The translations under genes were made by a program, and so were the position numbers. A DNA stretch of 53,243 nt, filler included, from Basidioascus undulatus (Eukaryota), in assembly GCA_000826855.1 (NCBI GenBank). It is 3 parts of 3 records of this genome, joined end to end, with 100 filler letters (N's around TTAATTAATTAA, not from the genome) between each part and the next. Parts side by side here need not be neighbours in the genome. Positions count along the whole stretch, not along the records: positions 1 to 17,688 come from JTLS01000511.1; positions 17,789 to 35,466 come from JTLS01000512.1; 1 more part is not named here. One strand, given 5' to 3'. Below are positions 12,201 to 25,100 of this stretch, one piece after another. Within the stretch, counting starts at the first letter, position 1. The number at the start of each line of letters is the position of its first letter. Under the pieces are notes generated by a model that was given only the letters and a program-made list of their open reading frames with translations, did no database searches and was not told the origin of the DNA.

Positions 12201-14105
12201 CTGCTCGGGCGTCGACGGCACATTCGTCTCGTCGCGGCCATCTGCGAACTGGCGCTCGTTCGGGTCGGTGCATCCCGTGAGGTAGTCGGCGGTCGTCTGG
12301 CGCGGAAGATCGCGGAAACCCATTTCGAGCAAGTACTTGCGGGCCTTCTTCGCCGGGCCGAAGTAGACCTGGCGACCGCTGTCGATAACGAGGACCTTGT
12401 CGAACCTGTTCCACAGCAAGCAGTTCTTATCAGCTATAACTCAATAAAGATCGATAACAAGCGTGATTAGACTGACTGCTCGTAGATACCCTCGCCGGCC
12501 TGATACAGAGATACAACTGGCCAGCACGACCGTCAGATCAACCCCACAAGCAAGTGCGTCAGGAACGTACAGTTCGTCATTTGGAACACGTCAGTCAAGA
12601 TGCGCAGTGACTTAGCGTAGTCGAGAGCAGTGGAGGCGTCCTGTAATGTACACCGTCAGATTTACATTCGCTGCCGACAGGTTTACACAGAAGCGCACCA
12701 GACCGCGAGTCGAGTTATCCCAGCTCGAGACGCAAGCCGACGCCGCGAACTGCTCAGCGATCGACACACGCTTTCTTTCACCTAAAATAGCTCCCGCATG
12801 AGTCCACAAGACTCCGAGATACGAAGGTGATGATTTCGGCCACACACCTCCGGACACGCCTCGAACAAACGCGTCACCGACGAGCGTTTGCGCAGTGTGC
12901 GGCTGAAAAAGAGATACAGCCTATTCAGCGCGTGCTTTGATGTAACCAAATGCAAGAACGCACGATATTGAGCATCTTCAAAAGCGTGTCCGCGACGGTT
13001 TTGCGGAATGCTACCGAAGACTGTCCAGGAAGACGCTTGCCGGGCGTCTTCGTCGAGAGCGCGAAGTCGAGCGTCTGAGCCACGGTGAGGGTCGCGATGT
13101 GCACGTCGTCTGTGCGCGGAGAAAGATAGTGAGCGTTTATTACTGCACATCCTCAAATGGGTACACTCATACCCTCCTGGTTGTACAGCGCTGCAAGACA
13201 AACAAGCAGAGTCAGCCAAGTGATCTTCAGCATTCTCATCATGGACAAGAAGACGAACTCTCTCCGGCAAACCGCTTCTTCATGACGTCCGCGCCGATGC
13301 CAGCATACTCGACGTCCCCGCCGACGCCAAGGAAGCCTTCGCGCTGGTTCGCGATGACCTTGAGGAATGTCGAGCAGCCTGAACCCGGGCGGCCGAGGAC
13401 GAGAACCATCTCGCCAGGCTTCGCCAAGCCATGGAAGTTGTGCAGGATCGGCTTGGTGTCAGGCTTGCTGGGAGCCAGGAGGCGAATGGGAGACATGACG
13501 AAGTCCTTGAACGCATCAGGGTAGGTGCGAAGACGGATCTTCTTGCCGCCATGGCCCTACGCCGCAGAGGGAGAAGTCAGAAATGGTGGACGATTTGCCA
13601 TGAGAAACATGAAGACAAACGTGAACGCTCAGATCCTGTGTCCGGGACAGTGACATTCAGCCTCTGACAAGGCTCAACCGCTGAAATTATGCGTGTACTC
13701 ACGGTCCATGCAACGCCGACGTGCTTGTGCTTGAGCCCAGCCTCATCCTGAAGCTTCGAGGTCTCTCGCATATCTGACGGCCCACGGTCAACCAGGAGAC
13801 TATACAATGAGCACCGGGAAGCGAGACGTACACTCCAGCAGATCGAACTCTTCCTCCCCGTCCTGCTTCTCTGGATCGGTTCCCTTGCGAGTGGAGACTC
13901 GCGAGAGTTCGCGACGAAGCTCAGCGAACTGCTCCTCAGCGCGAGCAACGTTTACGCCTGAGGCCGAGTTCTCTTTCAGCTTCTCGTCGCCCTCGACGCT
14001 GAGTTTCTCGTTCTCGAGCTGCTCCATTTGAGACGAAACGACGGGCAGCGGGATGTCACCGCCGTCGACGACGGTCGGCGTACGCGAGATAACGCCCTCC
14101 GACAT
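6239..14105 (-). CDS. Full-size pleiotropic drug resistance (PDR/ABCG) ABC transporter, dozens of short introns
   Basis: Start [10 protein letters not shown] at 14105; NBD1 [15 protein letters not shown] (PDR-type Cys Walker A), [46 protein letters not shown]2 [58 protein letters not shown]; ends [12 protein letters not shown] (TGA at 6239-6241). Confidence 0.95.
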
Positions 14106-15255
14106 CAGTGCGCGAGCGTCAGAGGGAGCGGACGCGTTGAGATGGTAACGGTGAGGAACAAGCCGCGAGGACGAGCTTTCATGTGCATCAATCTGCCCCG
14201 AGGGCTAGCAAGTGGTGCCCCGCATGGCGAACCAGGCGTTTATCATTGCGATCCTCCGCGACACCGCCAGCTACTGACTGAGCCTCCACAGCCCGCGCGG
14301 TCGTATCGGCCGTGGAAATTGATCTCTGTCAGTGATAGTCTGCGCGTTCCACTAGTCAGGAGCTCGCCAAGCGAACAGCGAGGTCATGTTGCCTTGAAGA
14401 TTCCAACAGTCCACGAACAGGTCAACTCAAGTCGTAAGGACGAAGTGACACCGGTCTTTTTCTGTGCGTGCCAGCGAGGCGAGGACGAGAAATTTACCTG
14501 CAACACGCGACGGGGACGCGATCGAAAGTGATCGAGACGGGAACGGCAAGAGCGGCAACCACGGGAAGACACGGCACAAGGGCAATCATCTCTGATCAAG
14601 ACCTTACCAAATTTGCCGATCTGACCGGTGGAGGTGTGGACACGGCTTGACCTTCAAAAAATTTCAGCGACGCATTCTTCACCGCGGGCTATCGACGTTT
14701 ACAAGTCAAAGCAGCGCTGATTTGGTATGGCGATGCGTACAGCCTGTCACGGTAGCGCGTAATTACAACAAGAGGTAAATGCAGTTCTGCACAGATTAGG
14801 CGGGCTGTCCAAGAAGATGCCTTGGAATAACCATCCGCGCACGGCTCAACTACCAAGTGCAGTCTATTGTATGAAATAGTCAGAAAGGCGAAAGATCTGT
14901 TGCTGTTGCGAGTGGACACTATCATTGCATGGATGGTTCGAGCCACTCGAATCGGTAGAGGATCAACCACTGCTTTGCATGTGTTCCCGAACGTTTTGCC
15001 CCGCAACCTATTGAAATATTGCCAGCAGGCATAGACAGCCTTCTACCCTCGCTGAGTCAGACTGGCGAACCGAGAGCGTATATGTGTCCGGAGCCCAGAA
15101 ACCCCCACTCACAGTCCCTGTACTGCAAGTTGAGAAGGCTGCAATGCCCGTTACAGTTATCAGAACTATGTCCTCAAAGGCTTACTGTGCTGAGCACCGT
15201 GCCCATCACTACTGTGTTCCTACTGAGGTTTTATCGAGGGAAGTACCCGTCATCC

Positions 15256-15410
15256 TGTAATGTCCCGGTGCTGTTGAACGAGCGACCTGGATAGTGACAG
15301 AAAACGGCACCACAGATACGGTGACGTATATCCAACCATCATGCGAGAGAGATCGAATTGAGAGCATACTTAGAGATTATTAGCACACTCTTAGTACCGG
15401 CCTTATTACA
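15256..15410. mobile_element. Probable solo LTR (155 bp)
   Basis: Begins TGTAATGTCCCGGTGCT and ends AGTACCGGCCTTATTACA (TG..CA with imperfect terminal inverted repeat); AT-richer interior; flanks CATCC / CACTCC are only an imperfect target-site duplication. Confidence 0.5.
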
Positions 15411-15767
15411 CACTCCTGCAGTGTCCCGCTTTGCTTCTTCACGAAGAGATCGGGACGCCGCGCTGTTACTTCTACGATGGCCGCGAGGATGAGAACCAGA
15501 TAGGTTTCCGTACATATCAAGGGCAATACCACTCTGTGATTTTGGGCTTTCCTCCTTTCGGTGGGTTAAGTATCCAGATTGAACTGTGTTGAGATTAACA
15601 AGGTGGCTCCAATCATTGAATCTGGAAGGGCACACCTTAAGGCAAGCGCAGAGTCGGCACGGCTGAAGGTGAGAGCGATGAAGGTGATGAGGGGAAGAGA
15701 ACAAGAGACGAACGTGGTAGGTCACTCTTTATGTATCACTGAGTGCCCAGGTGGAGGCGCAGGAGGC

Positions 15768-15975
15768 TTGCCGGTGTTGCACGGCGACACAGCACTGGCT
15801 GCCGTGCTACACGGCAGCCCACACGGCAAACTGCCGTGTTGCACGGCTGAGTTGCACGGCAAATTGCCGTAACACACGGCAAGGATCTGGGAAGGGGACT
15901 TTGACATGCTTTTGTAAACAGGCCCTTGGAGGCGCCGGCATATTGCCGTAATCCCCGCCGACATGCACGGCAGCG
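15768..15975. repeat. Cluster of GCCGT(G)/CACGGC palindromic repeats
   Basis: Seven CACGGC and four GCCGT copies in about 200 bp, including the perfect hairpin GCTGCCGTG-CTA-CACGGCAGC at 15798-15818. Confidence 0.8.
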
Positions 15976-17466
15976 AGCACTACAAAGTTCATAGGACGTC
16001 CAATTGAGCAATGAGGTCTCCACCATGGCAGCCCGAGCGATCCATGAACCCGTCAGCCCGGCCATACCTCCCTTTAGATCCGTCGAATAGATGAAAATAA
16101 CCCTTTAAGCTCCAGGGACTTGCTTCCCCCCAACTCACTCAGAAATTGTGGGCCGGGGAAAGGGAAAGGCAGGATCAGGCCTTACGGTGTGACGTTCCAA
16201 GAACGCATTCTACCAATCATGCGGAACGATAAGGAGCGAGTGACCGTCCCAAAGACATTTCGCTATCATGGGCGAGGGAAATAATCCGGACGAGTACAGC
16301 TTGTTGATGACGAAGACGAAGTGCAAGATGGTGCGCCGCCCAGTTTCTGCCCACTCTCCCCGTCTCCTCGGTTTGCCAGTTCGGCTGAGGCCCCGTCAGG
16401 AGTACTTGATAGCTCAGTTTACCACTATGTTCTCCTTGCTCGAATCTTCGAGCGAGTCGCTCACTCTGGGGAAGGTTGGTGACGTGGTCATGTTCTGCAG
16501 CCGCTCAGCCAGTCCGAACCCCGTCCCCACCTTCTAAAGCCGAACTCGAATGCGACAATCTGTAAAGCGTAATGCCGGTACTTCCCCTTTAAGTATATAC
16601 CTTTCCATTTGCGCAAACTGGTCGGCTTTCAGTGAATACTGCATAACATGACCCATCTTGATTCGTTTTCTGCAGCTCGTATTTTCTGCTGGTTTGTGGA
16701 CTGCGATGGGCTATGCTAAATTGGATGAGTATCTCTCATGAGTGATGTCCCTATGAACGGTGGGAGAAAACTCAGACTTTTTAAGGAAGCAGTCTCTGTG
16801 AGTTCGCTTGGAGGTGCTCCATGGCCGTTTGCGCAAGCTTGCGCTACTGCAAGCTCTCCACCGCGTGTTCTCGCTGGCTGACCTTCAATTTGGCCGGCTA
16901 CTTGAGAGAGTTCGACCGGGTGGTGGAATGGTGACTGTTAGGAGAACGTTATTGTGAGTATACATTAACTTTGGAGAGACTGAGCGCTACTTCGACGCTC
17001 GACTTGGACGCTGGGAGTGCGCTTTCGGAATCAATATTGGTTCTGCTCAGGGGGTAGTATTGAAAGTGCTATGCCGTGCGGGGCAAGTCTTGTAGACACA
17101 ACAGTTGATTGCAACTCTATTATGGCCCAATAACATTGCGTGATAGCGGCGCCCATGTGGTCAACATGTGGGCATACCCCACAAAAAGGAGAGGCCCGCC
17201 GGTCCGGCAATTTGCTCTTCCCGCCTCTCATCGCTCCGCTTGCGATTTTGACCGAGAGCCGAAGCCGCGACAGCGACTCGTCCGGAAGACGTTGGATACG
17301 TTGTGTAGACTGTATGTCCTCTCCGTTGCCTCGGTTGTTGTTGTTGGCGGTATAAGGAGGGTTGGGACCCGACCGCCGAGTTCTAAATGCCCGCTCGCTC
17401 CCCCCCGCCCTCGCCTCCCCCGCCACGCACCCTCTTCTCGACGCCCCCGCCGGACCCGACACCGCC

Positions 17467-17688
17467 ATGGCCTGCAGCTTCAATACAGCCGAGCGCAGAG
17501 CAGCCGCTGCCTTTCCTGGCGACACTCCCCGCCCGCACCACTGCACACGACGACGCACACGCTCACCCGCCACTGAGACACCTGCATCTGCCCCTACCGT
17601 CGCCCAGCCACCGGCACGCTCACCACCGATACGCGCCTCAGCCCCAGCTGTCCTCCCTGCGCGCCGCTCCCCCTCCCCCTCCTCCTCC
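17467..17688 (+). CDS. 5' fragment of a Pro/Ser-rich protein, truncated by the contig end
   Basis: TATAAG at 17351, strong ACCGCCATGG start context, open frame MACSFNTAERR... running into the Ns. Confidence 0.4.
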
Positions 17689-17788
17689 NNNNNNNNNNNN
17701 NNNNNNNNNNNNNNNNNNNNNNNNNNNNNNNNTTAATTAATTAANNNNNNNNNNNNNNNNNNNNNNNNNNNNNNNNNNNNNNNNNNNN
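17689..17788. other. Artificial contig linker (44N + TTAATTAATTAA + 44N)
   Basis: Six-frame stop spacer at 17733-17744 inside Ns; genes are truncated on both sides. Confidence 0.97.
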
Positions 17789-20602
17789 GGGGCGCGCCGG
17801 GGTAGCCGCCATGGGCAAGCTCGCCGGTCGAGGGCTGCGATAAGGCGGGGCCACCGCCCCACCCGACGCTGGATGAGGATGGGTACGTCGCGTATTGGAC
17901 GTGGCCGTCCTCGCTCCGAGGCGGACTGGGCGTGGCCGAGCTCGAACCGGCACTGCGCACGCGCGCGAGGCCCTTCTCCGCCTCTGCGCCCCAGCCACGC
18001 ACGCTGTCCCGGCTCTCTTCTACAGCCTCGCCGAGGATGCGGCCGATCGCGGACAGCGGCTTCGAAAGGCTTTCACCAGTGCGCTGGAAGAAGCGCTTCG
18101 TGTCTTCGGCCAAAGTGGTCGTCGGTCCGGGGAGGGTGAGCGCACGTGCGGACTCTTCGCCCTCGCGGGATGTAGGGGAGGCGGGCGGGAAGTGTTCGGA
18201 AGCGAGAGAGTGGGTGGAAGGGGAAGGTGAGGGAAGAGATGAGATGGCGGCTTCCACGTTACTGTCGTTTCACGAAAATCAGCACTGATAAGAGCAGCGA
18301 GAAGCAACAAACGCACCGCTCGAACTCTTCCTGCGAAATGTCGGACAGTGATGAATGGTCCATGGTCTCGATGAAGTTGATCGCGCCGAGCTGTGGGACT
18401 TGTGAGCGACTAGGGACTTGACGCGCTCTGCCGCCCGAACTCACCAACGAGGAGAAGTAGTAGCCCTGCTCGCCCGTAAGCTTGGCCGGATTTCGGAAGC
18501 GATTGATGTATCTTCGAGCAAGATCAGCGTCAGCCGCACAACGATCTGAGCCATGCTCATGGGCTCCAGCTTACTCTACGTTGCTGATGAGGTGCTCAGG
18601 GTTCGCCTTCAGGACGACGTAGATGAGGAGCGGGACGAAGGTGTCGGCGCCGGTCGCGCCGATCGCATTGCCGGAACCGTTCTCGCCGGCGAGATGTCGG
18701 ATGAGACCTGCGCATCGCAACGCGGGTCAGGGGCACAAAAAGCAAGTCAGCTCCGCAACGAGAAGCTCACCCGTGATGACTTTGCAGCAGTTCATGATGC
18801 AGATGATCTTGTCTCGCGGCGCTTTACTACAGCGAGACTAGTATGAGCCCCACATTTGCATCGCGTGGCAAGAGATGAACGCACTAGTGGTTGACCTTGC
18901 TGAGCTCTGCCATTCGGGAAGAATCCAGTTCGCCAATCAACACGATTGAAAGCACAACACTCACCTTGGACCGCAAAGGAAATGTATCCTCCCTCGACAC
19001 CGCCAACGGTCGAGCCGGCCGAGCTCGTCCGAATATGCGCCGGGGCCTTCCCCTTCTCGCCCGCCTGCGTCTCCTCAGCGCCCTCCTTCTCCTGCTCCGG
19101 CTCCGCAGCGGCCTGCGCGGCCTCCTCCTCGCCCGGCAGCGCGATGTCCAGATGGCGGCCGCGCACCCAGCTAAACAGCCGGATCCGCTGCAGGAGCACG
19201 GCGTCGCGCTCGAGATCGTCGGTTTTGGAGGGGCGGTGGGACTCGGGTTGGAGAGGGGTGAAGACCCTATCGATCGGGAGGGGATGAGAGGTGAATTGGG
19301 TGAGGGTGGGATGGTACGCACAAAGGGTAGACGCGGTTCATGACCAGCTTCTCCATCGCTTCGCACGCGTTCTCGAACTCGGGGTCGGATGCGCTCCGCC
19401 AGGGCTCCACCGACGCCATTTGCTTGGTGATGAACTGCAGGAGAAGTGTTAAGCTTTGTTACAGAGTAGAAGATAGGGCGAGGCCCTCACGTTCATAAAG
19501 TCGGTGATCAGCTTGATCTGCTCGTTGACGGTGTACGGCCGTTTGGAGAAGCCGCTCAAGAAGCTGTGGGAATGATTTCAGTGTAGGATTTCCGGAGAGT
19601 TTCAAGGTTAAAGTAAGCGCGAACGCACCTCCTCAAGTACTTCGCGACCGGCTCGGCAGTCCTCGCCCGCATCTGCTCCAAGAACCGATTGAAGTCGAAC
19701 TCGGGCTCATCCTGTCCATTCGAATCCTTCCTCCGTGGGATGGCGCCCTTGCCGCCCTCCTTCCTCAGACTCGACTGCCGCACCGGCGGTACGAGCGCAG
19801 GCGTCGTCGGTGCGCCTTGCGCCGTGGACGAGGGCAGCGCGGTCAAGACTGCGATCGCCGTCGCAGGCGGGACGGCTGCGGCCACGGCTGGCTTCTCTGG
19901 AGGATCGGGAGCCGAAGACTGTGGTTCAGGCGCGTATGGGTCGAACTCGGACAGATCTGGTCGTGGCTTTGGCGGTGGACGCGGAGCGGGAGGTGATGTG
20001 GGAGATGTGGGAGAAGCGGCGGGGGGAGGCGTAGAAGTGCGATTAGGTGGGGTAGATGTAGATCGATCAGAGGGAAAGATTATGTTTGGGAGTAAAGCGG
20101 ATATAGCGGAGAGGTCGTCGAGAGGAGAGTCGGACTTTGGGGGTGGTGCAGGCGGGTCGCGTGAGGTGGGTGAAAGGGGAGGGTCCGACTTCGCTGGCTC
20201 ATCGGTAAGCGCAGCAGGCGTAGACGTAGATTCCGGTAACTGGAAACAGGTTGTCAGTCCTGCTTGTTCAATATACGAGTTGTATCCTCGCTGTTGCGGC
20301 CTAGCATAGCTGTTCCGTCCCAACCGTGCACGCAGCGCCGCCTTGCGGCCGCCTTCCGACCTTCCAACGGGACGTCGTATTGCAGTCTGACCCACCCAGC
20401 GTCTGCGCACATTCTCGAGCGTAATCCGCTTTCCTTCATACTAACCACATCTTCCGGCAGTCTCCAGAATCGTACTGCTGAACAAGCCAGCTTCCGCGGC
20501 CGCCGCGCAGCACCACCGCTAGGGGCTCACCTGCTCGTCGGCAACTTCCTGCTCCGGGTGCCCCTCCTCGCTGGCGGCTGCCACATCCTCGGCATCCGCC
20601 AT
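17789..20602 (-). CDS. VPS9: VPS9/Rabex-5 Rab5 guanine nucleotide exchange factor; C-terminus lost in the gap
   Basis: [127 protein letters not shown]. Start inferred at MADAEDV. Confidence 0.93.
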
Positions 20603-21091
20603 GGCTTCGATGGAGATGTACGGCTTTGAGAGGGAGAAGAAGGTGAGAGGTCAACGGCCGGGACGGGTCAAGCCAACGTCGAGCGGTCGCTCTGCCGCAA
20701 CGAGTGCCCCGGGCAATCCGTATGCCGAGTTGCAAGCGTTTGTAATGGGCGACAAAGAAAAGTGCCTTCTTTGGAGCACGTCACGGAACACTTGATTCTG
20801 TAGTGCATCTACTGTATTATTAATTCAGTAATTTGCATTGATATTTCAATGGCACTCGTGGGCAAAGCATAACAGTCGAGGAATTTGTTAGGATGGCATG
20901 GAGTCCCAGTGGGCGCGGCACGAAAGCACACGGCAGCAAACGAAATGTGGAGTTATGGGCCTGCCCTATGAACGAGTAGATATGCTTTTGATGCTATTAC
21001 AGTGTACATGCTATAATGCGACAACAATGCGGTTATGCTGGATAATCGAGGTGATGCAAGAGACGAGAAAGACACGACTGCGCCCGGAGTG

Positions 21092-22064
21092 CTAGCAGAC
21101 CCTCGCGGACGTCGCGCACCTAGATGCGACAATGGGCACCGCCTCCCGCGGTGGTACGGCTGGGAAGTAGCTGACGAGCGAGCCATCGCCCGGTGTCGGC
21201 GATCCCGAGGCGGAGTTGCAAGGCGAGACGGGTGGAGAGGGGTAGGGGATGGGGGCCGGCTGCCGCTGCGGTTTCCGGACGGGCTGCGACGCGTAGCGGG
21301 AGGGGTTAAGGAAGTGCTCGACGGCGTCGATTTCGTGTTGCTCGACGATGACGCGGTAGCCCAGGTGGGAGAAGAGCTCGCGCTCCATCTGGTTCACTTC
21401 CTTGAGCGTGAACATGCCCTTGGAGACGATCTGCACGGAAGTGAAACTCGTCAGCTCCTGCTGGCCCGAGTGCGTATAGTGTGAAAGATGTGCTCACCTG
21501 CCAGGAGGAGTTGGCGAACGTGTCGTCACAAATGACCTTGGAGGCGATCATGGATGCAGCAAGGTACAGCCGGTGGCCAGAAGTTCCGCGAGCCTCAGGC
21601 TGTGCACAGAAACAAGACGTGTGAGGGGCCGTCCTGTGCTACTAACACATAGTGAAACGAGGACGTACGTAGCGAGACTTCAAACGGTGCAACAACACGA
21701 GTGCCGCGTAGGTAACAGACGGAGCAAGCTGCGTGCGGTACAAGGCATCTACAAAGACGCAGCCTGTCAACACACTGCCCAAGCCCTCCTTTCCAACTGT
21801 AACGAGGAAAGACTCACAGCGAATAAAGCTTGCCAGGCTCTTGCCTTCCGATGACGGACATTGGAAGAGGCTCTGAATGAAGTCGGCGGCGAGGTGTGCC
21901 AGCGGCGTCTGGTCGACGAGCTCCTTCGTCGGCGCAGCGGCAGGGGCTGCGGCGGCTGCAGCAGAAGAACGGGTGGTACGCTGCCGCTTCGCCGGCTGCG
22001 GGTCGGACGGCGGCGTCGGGTACGAGGTGGTAGGAGCAGGGGGAGGGCAGGTGGGAGCAGGCAT
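21092..22064 (-). CDS. Pho85-type (PCL/CLG1-like) cyclin-box protein
   Basis: ALYRTQLAPSVTYAALVLLHRLKSRY; GHRLYLAASMIASKVICDDTFANSSWQ/IVSKGMFTLKEVNQMERELFSHLGY; minus-strand TATAAG near 22352. Confidence 0.85.
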
Positions 22065-22115
22065 TGTGGTGGTGGTAATCCGGGGTGGGATGGGTGTGGA
22101 AGATGCTAGGTGGTG

Positions 22116-22143
22116 GCGATGCGATGCGGATGCGATGCGATGC
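22116..22143. repeat. (GCGAT)n pentanucleotide microsatellite upstream of the cyclin ATG
   Basis: gcgatgcgatgcggatgcgatgcgatgc directly visible. Confidence 0.8.
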
Positions 22144-25100
22144 AAGAGCGAGCGGTGTTGCCCAGGCTTAGGCGTATGTGAGGGGTCGGACGTGTGCGGA
22201 AGGGGTGGCGGACACTAGAAATGAGTAGAGGACACGGAGAGAGGTTGAGGAAGGGAAGATGAAAAGACACCGCTTGGGTGAGCTGGGAGAAATATCGGAT
22301 CTTTGGGGGAAAGTGGCGGGGTCGGTAATTCCCACGTTGCCGCTCGGTCCTTATATCGGAGCACGATCATTGCCGGGGACCAAGTAGGCGGGTCGGAGCA
22401 GTCGGAATCGCCAGCAGACAGAGTTCGCGTTTGCGGGGGTGAGGGGACGCTTAGTGAGGCAAGCCCTGGGCAGGCCCGCGGGAGGCGGCCGCAAGGCAGA
22501 GCGCTTGAATTATGAAACTCGCTTCGAGCCGTCCGCACCCCCGGTATATGAGAAAGTTCAGGGTGAACTTCGATCCGGGCACGGATGATGCCGCCAACGC
22601 TCGTCGCCCAGAATGGAAGAGCCTCGTTGTGAGTTCAAGAGGCGCTGAGACGCGTTACGATCGTCCAACCTACACTGGAACAGACCAGCGCTGACGTGCT
22701 GCCTCCCATCGGCCGTCCCAGCTTCGACTTGCTGCATTGCAAGGTCAGCAGAGCATGGAAAGCCGCCCAGGTTATGCGCTGCGGGAGGCTATGTGGCAAA
22801 TTTTTCGAACAGCCTTCAGTCAGGCACTGGACTGCGAGATTCGGCATCGCCTTCTCCGCATACTCTCCACACTAGCCGCGGTCTACCGGAAGTGCTTGTC
22901 GTTTTCTATTAAAGAACCGAGGGGCGGAGGCAGATATTATTGATTGCTATTGATTGCCCACAACGTCGGAGCGCGGCGAGTGGAGGCCACGCGACAAGAC
23001 AGTCTCAGTGATCGGCCGCGGCCGAGGCGGGAACAAGTGGGGAGACTTGTCAACTTCCAGAACTCTGTTACAGACCTGTCTATAGCCGTCGCACGACAGG
23101 ATTGGCCTCTGACAAGACACGTGAAAGCTTTTGAAAGCTACATAAGCGCCGAGCAAACGCCTCGCGATATGCCGAAGAATGACTTTGCGAAGGGATGGAG
23201 GAGAAAGGGCATAGCAAAGGGTGAGCGAGCGGCCGAGTCTTGGCTGGGAAACACGGCTGCCGCTGGAAACATGTTCAATATTTTCGGAGACTGTGAAAGG
23301 AACATACACGGGATAGGTAAATACCTCACCAATCTTGGTTTGCACTTGTGTGTCTCAGCCTTGATTTCCTGTACCTACTCTTCACAGAGCGAACAGTCCC
23401 GAGAGCGAAGTTCTCACGACGGGAGGGTGGCCGTGTATGTGCGACGGCCGAGCATCCATACGGATAACAGTGGATATCCTGGGCTAAGGAGATAAGATAT
23501 CCAGCCCTTGACACCCTTTTCAACATTGAAGTCGAACTCAGAATTATCAGCCGCATCGGGCAACAACGGAAGAGCAACACGTTGGGTTCCGTAACGGTCG
23601 CTGATGTGTTCGATGCGTCCGTATAAGCCAGCGGAAGTCAACCGCCAAGGCTTCCAAGCCATAAAAGAGTCTCCTGTTGTCGATGAGCGTTCAGAAGTGG
23701 AGGCAGCGGTGGCAACGGAGGGGACGCTCAAGGACGCTACTGGTCCTGTTCGTCCGACAGCCGCTGGGGTGACGGAGGTGTTTTCGGTTGAGCAGATTTG
23801 CAACCCCACCAGCTTGGAAGACCTGAAGCGTTAAGCAAATGTGAGGCTCAAGTGTGCGGGCTGGTACGTGCATTACGAATGGAAAACAGTGTATGTGTTG
23901 GGCTTGCTTGAAAGGCACTGTCTTCACCGGGCAAACCCACAGAGCCTATGTTCGACAGCGAATTCGCCCCGATATTTAAGAATTGGATGATAGGATCACC
24001 CAAGATTGCTATGAATTGGGTGAACCTGATCTGGCGGAAGACGTGAAAGGCAACGCAGCCTCGCCTGGAATCGCCAGTAAGGTCTTCAGTATTTGTTCAG
24101 GTGACGCCCCCCACACCTTGTACTCCATACCACCAAGCAACTGTTAGGGGGTCTCAGCCACCGTGGAAGGGTCTCATACATTATTATGGGCTTTCAGATA
24201 GCGACACCGTGAGCCGCAAGCATAATCAGGGCATGCACATGTGAGAATCCCCCTTGCCTGTCCTTGTTTCGCCATGGAACACCAACTCAGTCTCGTATAA
24301 CTTTTGCTTGATCTTGTCACTTAAGCCCCATTGCGCTATAAAAGTGTTACCGAGCTTCTATTAGTTGGTATGGAATGAACTGTCACATCCCTCTGTGAAA
24401 CACATCGTCTCGAAGCACTTGCTCTGCGGTTACTCCTTCCTCTCTGCTGCACTTATTCGCTTTGGACTGCGCTCTCAAAACTTTAGAGACCGGACCCAGT
24501 TACTGGCATAAATTACCATTTTCATGCCCAAGAATCCGATTTGAGTGGCTGAGCGGGGGAAGAAACAAGCACTCAAGTTTCCCCGGAAGTGTTGGGCTTC
24601 TCCCGGAGGTATCAATCACCCAAGCGGCACTCACATTCACCAAGATGGAACATTGAATTTTATTTCCCGCCCGTTCCAAATCATGCTCAGAAGCTCTCGT
24701 GATCCACGTCACACTGAGAGCGGTCATTCCAGCAATAATGAATATTGGGCTGTCTGTGCCATTGCACGGTGTAGGGTAACTTGAAAGGAAAATGACATTC
24801 AGCAGCTTCTGCATTGAGAAAAAGCCAACGCAGTGCCCAAAGATGAGACCAACCTTCCAAAGGGACGATGCACGGTTCCCATGGAGAAGCCGTTATGCTG
24901 TCCTTGCTATTCGATGTTCAGTGAATTGTCCTAAAAACCCTAGACGTTTGAGAGATTCAGAACATTCAGATGCCCAAGTTAACTGGCAATCCCTGTCGAA
25001 GTACACCCTGTTGAAAGGCACACAGATGGCAGCACAAACAAGTCACAAGCCCTTGCTTTCAGTGCGCCGAATTAAATTGTTGCTTTCGACGGGTGTAATA

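Noticed and set aside
15768..15975. Repeat cluster as a CRISPR-like array
   Set aside because: Units are short, irregularly spaced and in both orientations, without unique spacers of constant length; eukaryotic context with no cas genes.
17733..17744. TTAATTAATTAA palindrome, repeated at 35511-35522
   Set aside because: Centred in exactly 44+44 Ns twice; a six-frame-stop assembly linker, not biology. Gene adjacency across it is unreliable.
24021..24052. TGAACCTGATCTGG..GAAAGG resembling a TPP riboswitch core
   Set aside because: Lacks the upstream CTGAGA and the P5 ATAATAC-type loop with its pairing strand; no thiamine gene nearby.
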